Shown: positions 22,383 through 35,080, counted from the whole stretch's first letter. The stretch: DNA of 63,004 bases, filler included, from Stramenopiles sp. TOSAG23-2 (GCA_900128395.1; 9 parts of 9 records of this genome joined end to end with filler, not necessarily neighbours in it); one strand, 5' to 3'. Numbers and translations are program-made. The notes: generated by a model from the letters alone, not told the origin.

Positions 22383-25187
22383 TTACATCGTTGCTCTCAT
22401 ATTTTCTAATTTACTTTCACGTTGTCTTGTTTTCAATTCTTCTTTAAATTCTTCTGTACCATGAATTAAATGATTGTCTTCGGATACACCCATTAATTCA
22501 TTAAACCTAGCTGTTGAATCACTTATATCAATTTCTTCTTTCGGTGGTGGTGGTTTTGTATAATTTATCGGCCTACCTTCAAATTTCGCATGTTCTAACC
22601 GCTTCACTAATTGTGCTTCAAATGCCTTCATGACATTTGGATCTTCCTTCAAGTTGGTTAAAAATTTATCTAATTTAACATGCATTGTGCGATTGCCACT
22701 GTTACTACCAAAACTTGCCATTCCACCTAATGCACTTGCAGCTCCACTGACACCAACATATGCTAAACCTAAAAAGGATGGACGAACATCAGCACGATCT
22801 CGTACACTTTGACCAGCCAACGTCGTATCAATACTTTTATCTAATGATACTTTCTCATCTTCTGTTACTGCACATGTATACAATATTTGTTTAATTTCTG
22901 GTTTTGGCAAACCACCAGTATTTTCAATATCGTACAATTTAAATAAATTAGCAAGTTTATCTTCTGTACGTTCTGTTGGTCGACGGAATATACGTAATGC
23001 AGCTACAAAATCTCTAAAATCAACTTGGTTTGTCCTATCGATATCCATGGCACTAAACAGTCTATTCAAATGTTTAAAAGATGCTGCTGCATATTTATGT
23101 TGCAACAAACGCACAAACGTATCTCTATCACAGATATGTGGATCCGTATTTAATTTTAATTCTTCTTCAAACATTTGCATCATTGCATCAATATCATCAT
23201 CCCCTTTTGTACGATTAATTCTATTTCTCATCAATTTATGCATTTTTAACAATTCAGACCATTTCATAGTTAAGCGTGCTTCTCGTTCAGCTCTTTGTCT
23301 TTCTTGTGCACTAACACTAGATTCCGTTGTATCTCTTTCTGCATAAATAGCAGTTAATGATGTCCAATATCTGTGGTTTTTTTTTTTGTTTTTTTAAAGC
23401 AATGCGTAATGATGTTAGTTTTTATTATTATTGTTGTTGATAAATATATGTATATGTAATATATATATGAAGAGAAATGAAGATAATGTGATGGATATAT
23501 ATAGTGTGTGTGTGTGGGGGGAGTCGGTGTATGTGTGTGTGTGTTTATGTGTATTCTTTCAAAGAACATGATCAATACGCACTTCATTCGTGTAACTGGT
23601 TGAACAAGTTTCTCAGTCAAACGAACTCCAGGTGAATCTGTTTTCATAACCCTACCTTGACGATTTCTATAAACAAGTGGACCTACGGTCCTTGCACGTT
23701 GAACAGCCTCTTTTTGTTTCTCTCTGATTTCTTTTAATAAATTTTGTCGAGAGATTCGCTTTGTTTTCTTTACATCAAATTTAGCTGTATGTGCACGTTT
23801 TAAATCATCACGATAAACTTCCCTTTCCCATTTCTTTTGACGCATATAATCAAATAATGTTTCTGGAAAGTTTTCTGGATCATCACCCCAAGCCGAAGAC
23901 TTCGAAAGACTATATATATACAACACATATTATTAATATTATTAAAGAATTAGATATATAAGAGACACACATGGAAAAAAAGGATTGTAATAAGAATTTT
24001 TTTTTGTTGAATGAATATATTTGTTTCAATATATCATTGATTTTTATTTTTTTTTTCATAAAAGTCAGTATTATGATATAGATTAATAGGTGTAGATAAA
24101 TTGGAATCTGTACGTACTTTAATTTTCCAACGCTTCCTAAATGCTGCATAGCATTTCTTCTTGGTGTACCATCTGCATCAAACCGATCTAAACCAGTAGA
24201 TTTTAATTTCATTCTTGATGCTTGTCTTCGATGTACTTTTTCTTCTGATGCAAAATCATATAATTTTGTTACCTGATTCAATTCAAATTGTACTCCACGA
24301 GTATCTCTTGCAGTTATTTCACCTTTCTTTTTCTTTTTATTTTTCATCTTAAATGCAGAATCGGGCCAATCTCGAGGTGGTTTAAATGTAAATGGTTGAG
24401 AATATACATTGGAACGTGGTATTGTTAACATCCCTTTTTGTTTTCGTGTATTTCTTGTTCTTAAACCAATTGGTGACATCATCATCGGGTGATCTTTTTT
24501 TAATACATTAATTGTTCCTTGAAAACCGTAACGTGGAACACTACCAAATGGCGAGCCAGGCGCTGCTTTTCCAGCACCGACATAAAATCCTTTAAATTGT
24601 GGACCTTTATATTTTCCTCTTTGATATTTTGGTTTTGGTGAAACTTTTGATTTTATGTGGCTGTAACCACGTCTTTTTTTTGGACTATTACTACTATTTC
24701 TTTGTGTGGGGGAATAATTATCAACTGATTCCATCATAACGCCACCTAATTGATTGCTCGATGGTGTATTTGGTGATGTATGTATATTTGCTTCAATATT
24801 GGTGGATGACATGGTTGTCATTGGTGTTGTTAATACATCTGAATTAGGTGTAAAACCATCTCGTTTTGTAGTAGTAGGACTTGTTCTACTACTACTACCT
24901 TTTTTCTTCTTATTTGGACTCCTGGAACGACGTAAAGATGCAGGTGAATTAAATGCTGCTTTTTCTTGTTCGTGTACTAATTTTCCAGCACGCCTACGTA
25001 TCATTTTAGACGAGGTATTGGCACCATATAAAGCAGATAAACGAGTGCCCAACTCCGCTCGCTTTTTTATATCTTTTGGTGGAGCTTTCCATCTAGCACG
25101 TACTTGTGCATCTAACGTCGATGCATACCATTCATCTGTCGTTTGATGATTTCTACGAAAATGTATCGGACGATCATTATCTGCCAT
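22383..25187 (-). CDS. Three-exon EF-hand protein (calcineurin-B/calaxin-like C-terminal EF hands, long basic N-terminus)
   Basis: Exons 25187-24118, 23909-23583, 23370-22383; introns GTACGT..TATAG and GTGCGT..CACAG, both phase 2, join three track ORFs in frame; EF loops DIDRTNQVDFRDF and DIENTGGLPKPEI. Confidence 0.8.
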
Positions 25188-25959
25188 ATTGTTTCTTTTG
25201 TATATAGCTATTGATATCAGATAACTTATGTAATATTATATACGTCTGTATATATATGAATATGGTTCTCCAAATTGTTGTTAGTCACTCTGTATACATC
25301 ATAATTCTATAATAATAATAGTAGATTTCTAATATCCTGAAGATCAACGGATCAAAAAAAAATAATACTATAAGTAACAAAACAAAGAAGAAGGTGCAAA
25401 GAAAGTATATAGAGAAAACTATACTCACAGGTATACCAGGTATTATATACCACAGTCCGAGAATATCCACATACTGTACTAATATTTCATTCATTTTGCA
25501 TCTAATGCTATTTTACTATTAATCCAAGAAGAACAATGCTATATGTCCATACCATACATACAGCAGCGATATAGCGATATGCAACACATATATACATCAT
25601 ATATACAATATATACAAAAACCAAAAATTACATATGTATAACAGTCAAAGAAGAAGAACATATACAAGCCTAACAAAATCATACACAGAACNNNNNNNNN
25701 NNNNNNNNNNNNNNNNNNNNNNNNNNNNNNNNNNNTTAATTAATTAANNNNNNNNNNNNNNNNNNNNNNNNNNNNNNNNNNNNNNNNNNNNAAAAAAAGA
25801 GGGGCGCGAGAATAAAATTGTCACACCTCGATATAATATTATAAAATACTAATTATTCGATGGTGGAGATGAAATAATTAAGTATAACGTATATATACAT
25901 TTAACATATACACAACCGCTAAACTATTAGTATATGAAAATACATACCTATCAACTTTA

Positions 25960-26019
25960 TACCCTATCAAATATCACATAATGTATACTTGAGATTGAAG
26001 TTAGACTAATAAAAAACCT
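25960..26019 (+). repeat. Dispersed ~55-60 bp element, copy 1
   Basis: taccctatcaaatatcacataatgtatacttgagattgaagttagacta closely matches 30023-30080. Confidence 0.85.
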
Positions 26020-26220
26020 TGAGAAATGATTAAAAATTTCATCCAAAAATTTCATCAAAAAAAATTTATAAAAAATGAACAACAAATTAAAACTGATAAA
26101 GACGTGTGGAGCAAAGACGGTGAGATATATATATTTGTTTCTATCCCCGTGTGTGTCTGTATATGTCATATTTATAATATAATAATAATAATATTATTCA
26201 CGATATATAGATATAAAACA

Positions 26221-29200
26221 ATGAAGACATTTATTTTGATTCTAGTTGCAATTGCATGTATATTAAACATAGCAAATGCAGCAAATCCAAGATTTAAAGA
26301 AGTGGAAACAAAAATTACTAAACCAACACCATCGAAAATTGGTAGTTGTATGTTAATGGAAGAAATGAAACCATTTGGTTGTTCGATGAATAAATTCCAT
26401 GGTACCGTATTGAAAGGGCATAACGTATCCGAAGTGAAACGTGCGTTGGAGAAATTTTATTTAGCATTTAGTGCATTGGAAAGTGAATCCGATGATCGTG
26501 CCAAAGAAGATTTTAGTAAATGTTTACCAACGATACGTGAAATGGTATGTGACGCATTTGTACCACGTTGTAATGTACAATGTTTACCTGCAAAACCATG
26601 TAGATCACGTTGTCAACGAATACAAAAAAATTGCTTACCAAAAGATTTCAAATACATGTTGAACACGCTTGGTCTTGGGGAACCAAATCGCCACAAATTG
26701 ATCAGTTACATGGACGATGCTACACCAAAAGAAATGGAAATTGTTCACTTAGCATTTGATATTGTACGTAAATGTGATATCCCAGCCTATTCAGAAAGTG
26801 ATAAATGTTTAAAAAGTGGTGTCCCAAAGAAAGGTGATACGTGCTTTGCAAAGAAAGAAAGTGTCATTCCAGACATCACGTTGGAAGAGGAAGATAAAAT
26901 GATCTTTGATACGAAAGAGAAAATGTTACCAGGTAAACCAAAAGTAACAGTAGTCAATGAAATTGAAAGTAGTGCAGATGATACAGCAACTGGTGCTTCT
27001 TCAGAAAATTTAGCATCTAGTACTGGTAGTACACAAGATGATACAGAACCTGAAGCAACTGGTCCAGGCAGTAGTTCTGGTCCAGGTGAAAAATGGGAAC
27101 CAAATGCACCAACTGGTGAAGGTAATTATATTACACCACCAACTGGTGAAACAGGTGCAGAGACAGGTGCAGAGACAGGTGCAGAGACAGGTGCAGAGAC
27201 TGGTGCAGAGACAGGTGCTGAGACAGGTGCTGAGACAGGTGCTGAGACTGGTGCAGAAACTGGCGCAGAAACTGGTGCAGAAACTGGCGCAGAAACTGGT
27301 GCAGAAGAACCAGAAGAACCAAAAGAACCAGAATATCAACAACCAGTACCACCACCAAAACCACCACAACCAACAATGCCAATACTTGGTGCATTATCAC
27401 GTACTGCAAAACCTGGTGATAATCATATACCATTCCAAAAACCAGCGGAAGTTGGATTTAAAGTTGGTCAAACGATACAATTATCGGAAGGTGATGATAT
27501 GGAAGAAGCAACTGTTATTGGTTTATCCGATGGTATTGTATTAGCAAAACCATTAATGCGTTCACATGAATTAGGTGGTCGTATTTATTTAGTCAAAGAT
27601 TCTACTATCGATGATGATGATTCTGAATATAAAGGTGAAAATGGTAAATTACGTGATGAAAATATTCTTAACGAAGCACCAAAAACACCATATAAAGAAG
27701 AAAAAAGTAAATTATATTCCATTAAAAGCCCATATGCAATATTTGGTTCTATCAATAAAAATCATGTCAAAGGTAATGGGCATTTAGCTTGGATTAAAGG
27801 TACGGCATTGCATAATTCAATTCATCACGGTGTTAAACCTGCTACCGGTGCAGCAACTGGTGTAGCGGATAACGATGCATCAATTAATACAACACCACAT
27901 GATTTAAAAGATGATGAATTAAATTATAAACCATGCCCAAAATGCAAAGGTGGTAAACAACCAACTAGTACGAAACAAGCTGAAGAAGAAAAAAAAGAAG
28001 AGAAAGAAGAGAAAGAACAAATCAAAAAAGAAGAAAAAGAGGAGAAAAAAGAAGAAAAAGAAGATGAACCTGCAGCAACTGGCGCGGAAGAAGAAGAAAA
28101 AGAAGAAGAACCTGCAGCAACTGGCGCTGAAGAAGAAAACGAAGGAAAAAAACCCCTTTCAGCACATGCAAATGCAATTAATAAACGTATCCAGGCTATC
28201 AAATCTAGATTAAGAGGTAAAAAACAAGAAGAAAAAGAGGAAACGGATAAAGAAGAAGAAGAAGAAGAAGCAGAACCTAAAACACGTAAACCATTTTTCG
28301 GTGCAAAGAAAGAAACTGCAGAGGAAAAACGTGCAAGACGTAGTGCAGGGTTAAAAGCAGCAAGAAAAGCAAAAGCTGGGAAAGGTTCAAAAAAACAAGA
28401 AGAAAAAGAGGAAACGGACAAAGAAGAAGATGAAGAAGAAGAAGAAGAAGCTAAAGCAGAACCTAAAACGCGTAAACCATTTTTCGGTGCAAAGAAAGAA
28501 ACTGCAGAGGAAAAACGTGCTAGACGTAGTGCAGGTTTAAAAGCAGCAAGAAAAGCAAAAGCTGGGAAAGGTTCCAAAGCTGAGGATAGTAATAAAAATA
28601 GTAATAGTAATAGTAATAGTAGATCACCAAAAACGCGTCTACCAAGGCAAGATGCAAAAGTAGGTAAAACATCTAAAGCAGATATTGCAAAACCAACAGC
28701 AGATAAAGATAATAGTAAAGATAATAAAGTAGAAAAAAAAGAAGAAGAAGAACCTGCAGCAACTGGCGGCGAAGAAGAAGAGAAAGAACAAGCACCAGCA
28801 GCAAAACCAAAATCAGAGAAATGTGTTCCAATTGATGGTAGAAAATTTGAAGGTTGTCCAGATATTAAATTCTTTGCACAAAATTATAATGGTTTTGAAC
28901 AATCAAAAGTTATTGAAGCATTTCATAAATTGTATTCAAATTTGTTACCAATGGTAAAAACGTTTATTAGTGATATTCCACAAGGATGTTTCCCTACTAT
29001 TAAGACAGAAATGTGTGGCATGATTTTCCCATCATGTTCTGGCGATTGCCAAGAACGTAAAGCATGTACAAGTTCGTGTAAACGTATACATAGTGAATGT
29101 GGAATGTTAATTAATAGTATATCCATGGTACAACCAGGCGGTGCATTGGAAGGCTTTGTACGTGGTACGTTTAAAGATCCAAAAGTATATGAAGTTGTAC

Positions 29201-29442
29201 AAACAATGCTTACAAATTTAAATTGTAATGGTAACAATTTAAGTGCAGATACGAACCAATGCGCAACCGTACTTAGTAATGGGGACAGTTGTAAAGCAGT
29301 AGCAGATAGTAAACCAGTAAATAAACAGTTATTTAAAACACATGAATCAATGAAATTACGTGTTAGTGATGCGGAAGCGAAACAAGCAAAGGCAAAGGAA
29401 GCGGAAGAAAAACCATTAGTTCGAAGAGTTTTTAGATTGTAA
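26221..29442 (+). CDS. Secreted protein with two Frizzled-type cysteine-rich domains separated by low-complexity repeats
   Basis: Signal peptide MKTFILILVAIACILNIANA at ATG 26221; CRD1 CLPTIREMVCDAFVPRC..PCRSRCQRIQKNC; CRD2 CFPTIKTEMCGMIFPSC..ACTSSCKRIHSEC; no TM segment. The track's upstream extension runs through a probable intron (26120-26210). Confidence 0.8.
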   Translation: MKTFILILVAIACILNIANAANPRFKEVETKITKPTPSKIGSCMLMEEMKPFGCSMNKFHGTVLKGHNVSEVKRALEKFYLAFSALESESDDRAKEDFSKCLPTIREMVCDAFVPRCNVQCLPAKPCRSRCQRIQKNCLPKDFKYMLNTLGLGEPNRHKLISYMDDATPKEMEIVHLAFDIVRKCDIPAYSESDKCLKSGVPKKGDTCFAKKESVIPDITLEEEDKMIFDTKEKMLPGKPKVTVVNEIESSADDTATGASSENLASSTGSTQDDTEPEATGPGSSSGPGEKWEPNAPTGEGNYITPPTGETGAETGAETGAETGAETGAETGAETGAETGAETGAETGAETGAETGAETGAEEPEEPKEPEYQQPVPPPKPPQPTMPILGALSRTAKPGDNHIPFQKPAEVGFKVGQTIQLSEGDDMEEATVIGLSDGIVLAKPLMRSHELGGRIYLVKDSTIDDDDSEYKGENGKLRDENILNEAPKTPYKEEKSKLYSIKSPYAIFGSINKNHVKGNGHLAWIKGTALHNSIHHGVKPATGAATGVADNDASINTTPHDLKDDELNYKPCPKCKGGKQPTSTKQAEEEKKEEKEEKEQIKKEEKEEKKEEKEDEPAATGAEEEEKEEEPAATGAEEENEGKKPLSAHANAINKRIQAIKSRLRGKKQEEKEETDKEEEEEEAEPKTRKPFFGAKKETAEEKRARRSAGLKAARKAKAGKGSKKQEEKEETDKEEDEEEEEEAKAEPKTRKPFFGAKKETAEEKRARRSAGLKAARKAKAGKGSKAEDSNKNSNSNSNSRSPKTRLPRQDAKVGKTSKADIAKPTADKDNSKDNKVEKKEEEEPAATGGEEEEKEQAPAAKPKSEKCVPIDGRKFEGCPDIKFFAQNYNGFEQSKVIEAFHKLYSNLLPMVKTFISDIPQGCFPTIKTEMCGMIFPSCSGDCQERKACTSSCKRIHSECGMLINSISMVQPGGALEGFVRGTFKDPKVYEVVQTMLTNLNCNGNNLSADTNQCATVLSNGDSCKAVADSKPVNKQLFKTHESMKLRVSDAEAKQAKAKEAEEKPLVRRVFRL
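27148..27303 (+). repeat. 13 x 12-nt coding tandem repeat (ETGA)
   Basis: GARACWGGYGCW units counted directly. Confidence 0.95.
28219..28576 (+). repeat. Two-copy ~170-185 nt coding duplication (KKQEEKEETDKEE..AEPKTRKPFFGAKKETAEEKRARRSAGLKAARKAKAGKGS)
   Basis: Near-identical DNA with synonymous differences and a length change in the poly-E tract. Confidence 0.9.
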
Positions 29443-30022
29443 ATGCAATATTTTAGCATACGACCTTATGTATATATATATAGCAGTGTAGTTTGAAAAA
29501 GAAAAAAAAAATGAGATTCTAATATAATATTGCATATTTTTGATATTTTGGAATTTGGAAACAAATTAATTTTGTGAACGCGGGCCGAGAAGTAATCATT
29601 CATTTCCCGAAATATTGAAAACGCTAAAACGCTCCCAGAGTAAAAATATATAAAATTATTAATCTGATATATATATATGTAGATATCTGTGTGTAATCTC
29701 ACCGTTTTCCCTTTTCCACCTTCCACCCTTCCACCTTTCAGAGCACAGAGCAAATATCGCGTATCGCAGCGCCGCAGCGCCGCAGTCTCCGCATGTGTGT
29801 CGCCATTGTCTATTTTATCTTGTCTCCGCATGTCGCCACATGCCACTCGCCATGCTATATTATTGTCTTGATATAACTATTAGTATACAAATATATATAC
29901 TTAATATATTTTTATGACGGATTTCAGAACCTACAGCAGGCACACACAGGCATGCAGGCATAGCAGGCACACATCAGGCACAAACCACAAAGAGTAATCC
30001 AATAAATATATATTTTCAATTT

Positions 30023-30088
30023 TACCCTATCAAATGTCACATAATGTATACGTGAAAGTGAAGTTAGACTACTAAACCCTAACCCTAA
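30023..30088 (+). repeat. Dispersed ~55-60 bp element, copy 2, ending in telomere-like TAAACCCTAACCCTAA
   Basis: Matches 25960-26019; followed by two CCCTAA units. Confidence 0.85.
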
Positions 30089-30369
30089 CACGTCTTAGAT
30101 CTAGAGATTTTTTAATAAATTTTTGAAATTTGAATCATTCACGGCCGGGGGGGGAATAGAAATATAGATACGAGATAGAAAGAGAACAATAATTTGTGAT
30201 ATCTATATTTATTTACATGAATACTCGATATTAACATTGTGTGTATAGAAAAAACAGAATTAAACATTGACGGTTTTTTTTTTATTTATTTTTGCCACAC
30301 TTTTATATATCTATTTTTTATTTTTTTTGATCATCATCATTATCAACATTATTAACATCATTATTCACC

Positions 30370-33273
30370 ATGGATATACGTAATTTCTTCGGTGGTGGTG
30401 GTGGTGGTAGTAGTGCCAAAAAGAAAATAAAAAAAACAAACGAAACGACTGAACCAAAATCAGTCTCTGCAACTGATTTTTTCAGTTCCACAAAAAAGAC
30501 GAATACGAATAGCAATAACAACAACAACAGTAACAAACGAAAAAGTGATGCTATTGATCTTACAAAAACTACTACTACTACTACTATTACTACAAATAAT
30601 ATTCCAGAAACAAATGGTATATCTTCTAAAATCAATAATGAAACAAACGCTGCTATTACACCTGGTAGTTATTTACCGATTGATAACAACAATAACAACA
30701 ACAACGGCATAAAAACAAAAAAACAACGTACAGAATCACCATCATCCAAAACTAATATGGATACTACCACAAATAGTACCACCACCAACAACAACAATAA
30801 CCATGAAGTCATTGATATGACAAATAAATCAGAAGTGACAAATACGAAAAAACGTAAATTATTAAGTTCACCAAAAAAACCAACGCCACAAACAACAATA
30901 CCAACTGAAAATACAACCACTACCTCACCAGTAGAAACAACCATCACAAAATTACCATCTGGACCACAAGATTGTTTAACAAATTCAACATTTGTAATAA
31001 CAGGTGTCTTTTCAGCAATTGAACGTGATGATATGGTTGATTTTATCAAACAACATGGTGGACGTGTTACAACAAGTGTTTCTTCACGAACAACATATTT
31101 AATCGCTGGAATGCGATTAGAAGACGGACGTCCAGTTGAAGCAAGTAAGAAATATAGAACTGCAAAATCACAAAGTAATTGTACTATTATATCTGAAAAT
31201 GATATTATACAAATGCTACAAGATGCAATTGATCAAAGTAAAAATACAACGAAAAAAAAGATTAGTAGTAATAATAACAATAGTATATCAAAACCAAAAG
31301 CAAAAAAATTGAAATCCATTCATAGTAGTAGTAATGGAAGCAGCAGCAGTAGTAGTAGTACGACAACTACCACAACAACTAATAAAAAAAAGAAAAAAAC
31401 AAATAATATTAATGTATTATGGGTAAATAAATATAAACCAAATTCACTTGATGATTTAGTTGGTAATGCTACAAATGTAAAGCGTTTATTATCATGGTTA
31501 CAATCATGGTATGTAAAACAAATATATACAAATTCCTTACAATCTCACTCTTTTTTAAATATGACATAGTTCTAACAATATATTCATACATACACAAACA
31601 CAAAAACAGGGACGCATATCATTTGAAAAAAACAAAACCATTGCCAAAATGGAGTGGACGTGAAAATCCAGCTGCAAAAGCAGCATTATTAAGTGGACCA
31701 CCTGGTATTGGTAAAAGTAGCACAGCTAGTATTGTTGCAGAACATTTAAATTATGAAATATTTGAATTAAATGCAAGTGATGCACGTAGTAAACGTACAT
31801 TAGGGGAAAAATTAGCACAAGTTACACAAACGCAATTGTTAAATTTTGGTGGTGGTAATAAATTTTTCACTGCAAATGGTACGAAGAAAAAAAAACGTTT
31901 GATTATTATGGATGAAGTTGATGGAATGTCAAGTGGTGATCGTGGTGGTATGGCAGAATTAATTAAAATTATTAAAACAAGTAAAGTGCCAATTATTTGT
32001 ATTTGCAATGATCGTCAAAGTCAAAAAGTACGTTCGTTGGCAAATCATACACTTGATTTACGTTTTCAACGCCCACGTAGTATAACAATTGCAAAGCGAA
32101 TGTGTGCAATTGCAAGTAAAGAAGGTTTAAACGTTGCACCAAATGCGATGGAAGCATTGATTGAACAAACTGGAAATGATATACGCCAAGTATTAAATGC
32201 ATTACAAATGTGGAGATCGGAGGATAGCAATAATAATAATGGTAAAGAAGGTATTACAGTTTCTTATAATGATATGAAGAAACGTATGAAAACTGTTCAA
32301 AAAGATGGTAAATTACGTTTGAATCCATTTGATTGTGCAGCAAATATTTTAAATCCAAGACAACGAACATTAAATGAACGTATGGATATGTTTTTCGTCG
32401 ATTATGATTTAATGCCATTATTAATACAACAGAATTATATTAGTAGTGTGAAAAATTGTAATCGTGATCCATTACTTGGTAATTTACATCGTTTATCCGA
32501 TGCAGCTGTAAGTATATGATATATATACTGGTACTTTTATATGACAATAATATTATTTTATCATAGATATTTCTAACAATAATTATTATATACATTTCAT
32601 AACATACACAAAACACATATAGATGGCGGTTAGTGATGCAGATTTAACAATGAAAATGGTACGTGAAGGTCAACGATGGGATTTATTAACAAAAGCAGCT
32701 GCAATGAATGTACGGGTTGGTGCCATTTCTACTGCACCAATAACTGCATATGCATCATTTCCTGAATGGATGGGTAAAAATTCAACTAAAAATAAACGGC
32801 ATCGTATATTAAATGAATTAACTACACATTTAGGACATCGTAGTACTGGTAATACATCTGCTATACGTTTAGATTATTTCGGATATTTACGTAATCATGT
32901 ATTAAATCCAATGATCATAAATCAAAAAGATGGAATTAAAGAATCTGTTGAAATTATGGAAGAATATTCATTAACACGTGATGATGTATTTGAAACATTT
33001 AAAGAATTTCATTTAGCAAAACCTGGTAAAGGTGGTGCAGTATTACCACATGAACGGTTAAAAACAGCAACAAAAAGTGGGTTTACACGATATTTTAATA
33101 AAAATGCTAAAATTACACCAGAAATGTTACATGGTGGTAAAATGAAATTAGCAGATCAACAAAAAATGTTAGTAAAAAAAGGTAAAGCTAGTGTGGATAA
33201 TAGTAAAGATGGTATTGATGGTGTGAAATTAAAACGTAAAAAAAAGAAGAAGAAGGGGGGAAAGAAGAGGTAA
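30370..33273 (+). CDS. RFC1: Replication factor C subunit 1, three exons
   Basis: MDIRNFF start, BRCT (FVITGVF..GGRVTTSVSSRTTYL), WVNKYKP, SGPPGIGKS, ELNASDARS, MDEVDGMSSGDRGG, WMGKNS. Exons 30370-31508, 31610-32507, 32623-33273 with GTATGT..ACAG and GTAAGT..ATAG introns. Confidence 0.95.
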
Positions 33274-33430
33274 ACGCAGAAAAAGAGGAAAGAAGTGTGT
33301 GAAAACTGAAAACGAGTAGAATTGATATATCCAAGGTGGTGGTGGTGTAGTTGCGTATTGTTGATGGCACAAAATGGATGATGTACATAGTTGTCTAGAT
33401 ATTAACATTGATCTATGTGTACACATGGTT

Positions 33431-33646
33431 TCTCTTCAAGCAACGGCAAGTGCCGATTTACTTTAAACTTTGTTCAAAAATAATAAAAATATAATTTTGT
33501 AAAAAAATTTCATAATTTTTTTAATTTTACAATATTTTTCTCTTCAAGCAACGGCAAGTGCCGATTTACTTTAAACTTTGTTCAAAAATAATAAAAATAT
33601 AATTTTGTAAAAAAATTTCATAATTTTTTTAATTTTACAATATTCC
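33431..33646. repeat. Two-copy 108-bp tandem duplication, intergenic
   Basis: tctcttcaagcaacggcaagtgccgattt... starts at 33431 and again at 33539. Confidence 0.9.
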
Positions 33647-35080
33647 TATATATCATGTATACTAGCAAGTATAGATATAAACAAGAGAAAAAAGAAAACG
33701 AAGTGATAATAAAGATTGTTCGCTTCGAGGATGTTTTAAAGAAAGGGGGGGGGAAGATCTTCATCAATATCGAAGAAAATTTCAGTCTTTTTTCGTAATA
33801 TATATCTGTTTGATGATAGTAAACTTATACGATCAGTTATGATATACACGAAATGCTTTACATTTTCCGGAATCTTGAATATTATCTGCGATCTGCGATG
33901 AGAAAGTCTAATGACTTTAGTATAAAATGTAATAGAGTTATAGTAAGTTTGATAGTAAAAATGGTGGAAAGAAAAAGGAAAAAGGCTGTAGTAGTAATGC
34001 ACTAATAATAATAATAATAACAATAATAAGACTGTTTATTATTATGAAGAAACAAACAACATACACTATACATATATTTATATCGACACAAACATAGATA
34101 ATATATATTTCAAACGAAATAAGAATATTAAAGTAATTATAGATTCTACGTATATTTTACTTACTTATAGTAACTTTGAAGTATTGGTAGATTTTTAATT
34201 AAAGAACAGAAAGTTTCACAATCGTTTATATTTAAATATTATTGTTGTTGTTTGAAAGATGGNNNNNNNNNNNNNNNNNNNNNNNNNNNNNNNNNNNNNN
34301 NNNNNNTTAATTAATTAANNNNNNNNNNNNNNNNNNNNNNNNNNNNNNNNNNNNNNNNNNNNAACTCCTATGTCTAAATTTGAATGTTTTGGCCACGCCG
34401 TGAAGGGGCAATGTTATTAGGGTTGGGGTTCGGGAGTATATAAATAGTATGGGAATAGCATCGAGTTGATTGCAAAAAATTAGGGTTAGGTGTTTGGAGT
34501 GGATAAAGCATGGACATAGCATTAGCATCAGTGAAATATATCTATCGCATCAATGTCAGAACAGAAGCTCTGCACTCTGCACTCTGCACCTCTCTTTATT
34601 GATGGAAGAAGAAGTGATGAAGAAGTTTTTGATATACTTTTTTTTTGTTTTCTTTTTTTTTTTGGTGAATTTTTAAAACATAATAAAATTTTATCTCTCT
34701 CTCTGTGCCTCTCTCTCTTTCACACACACAAACTTAAAATGCTATTATGCCACATTGTCATTATATATATCATATATATTACCTTCGTATATATGATATT
34801 ATTATTACCTTCGTATATATTGGCCAGTCATCGTTCGCCATGCCATATATCCATCCGTATACCGTATACCGTATATATATGATATATTATTGTTTTTACC
34901 AGAACGCGTTGTACCATACAATATACAATGTGTCGATCTATGATGTTTTATTTTTTTGTAAAATTTGGATTTTGTTATTTTTCCGATTACCAAAACTATC
35001 GAAATACGTGATATAATGGAGTTATACATTAAATAAACTCCCAACCTGTCCATACACACCTCTTTATTTAACCAATACTC

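Noticed and set aside
27010-28577. Long antisense and alternative-frame ORFs over the ETGA and Glu/Lys repeats (similar shadows occur over most genes)
   Set aside because: By-products of repetitive coding sequence and codon bias; no domain signal.
33431-33646. 108-bp, 147-bp (56026) and 127-bp (60000) duplications as mobile elements
   Set aside because: No terminal repeats, target-site duplications or coding capacity; the exact copies may be assembly artefacts.
34417-34490. TTAGGG units as a telomere
   Set aside because: Only one or two units embedded in unique sequence.
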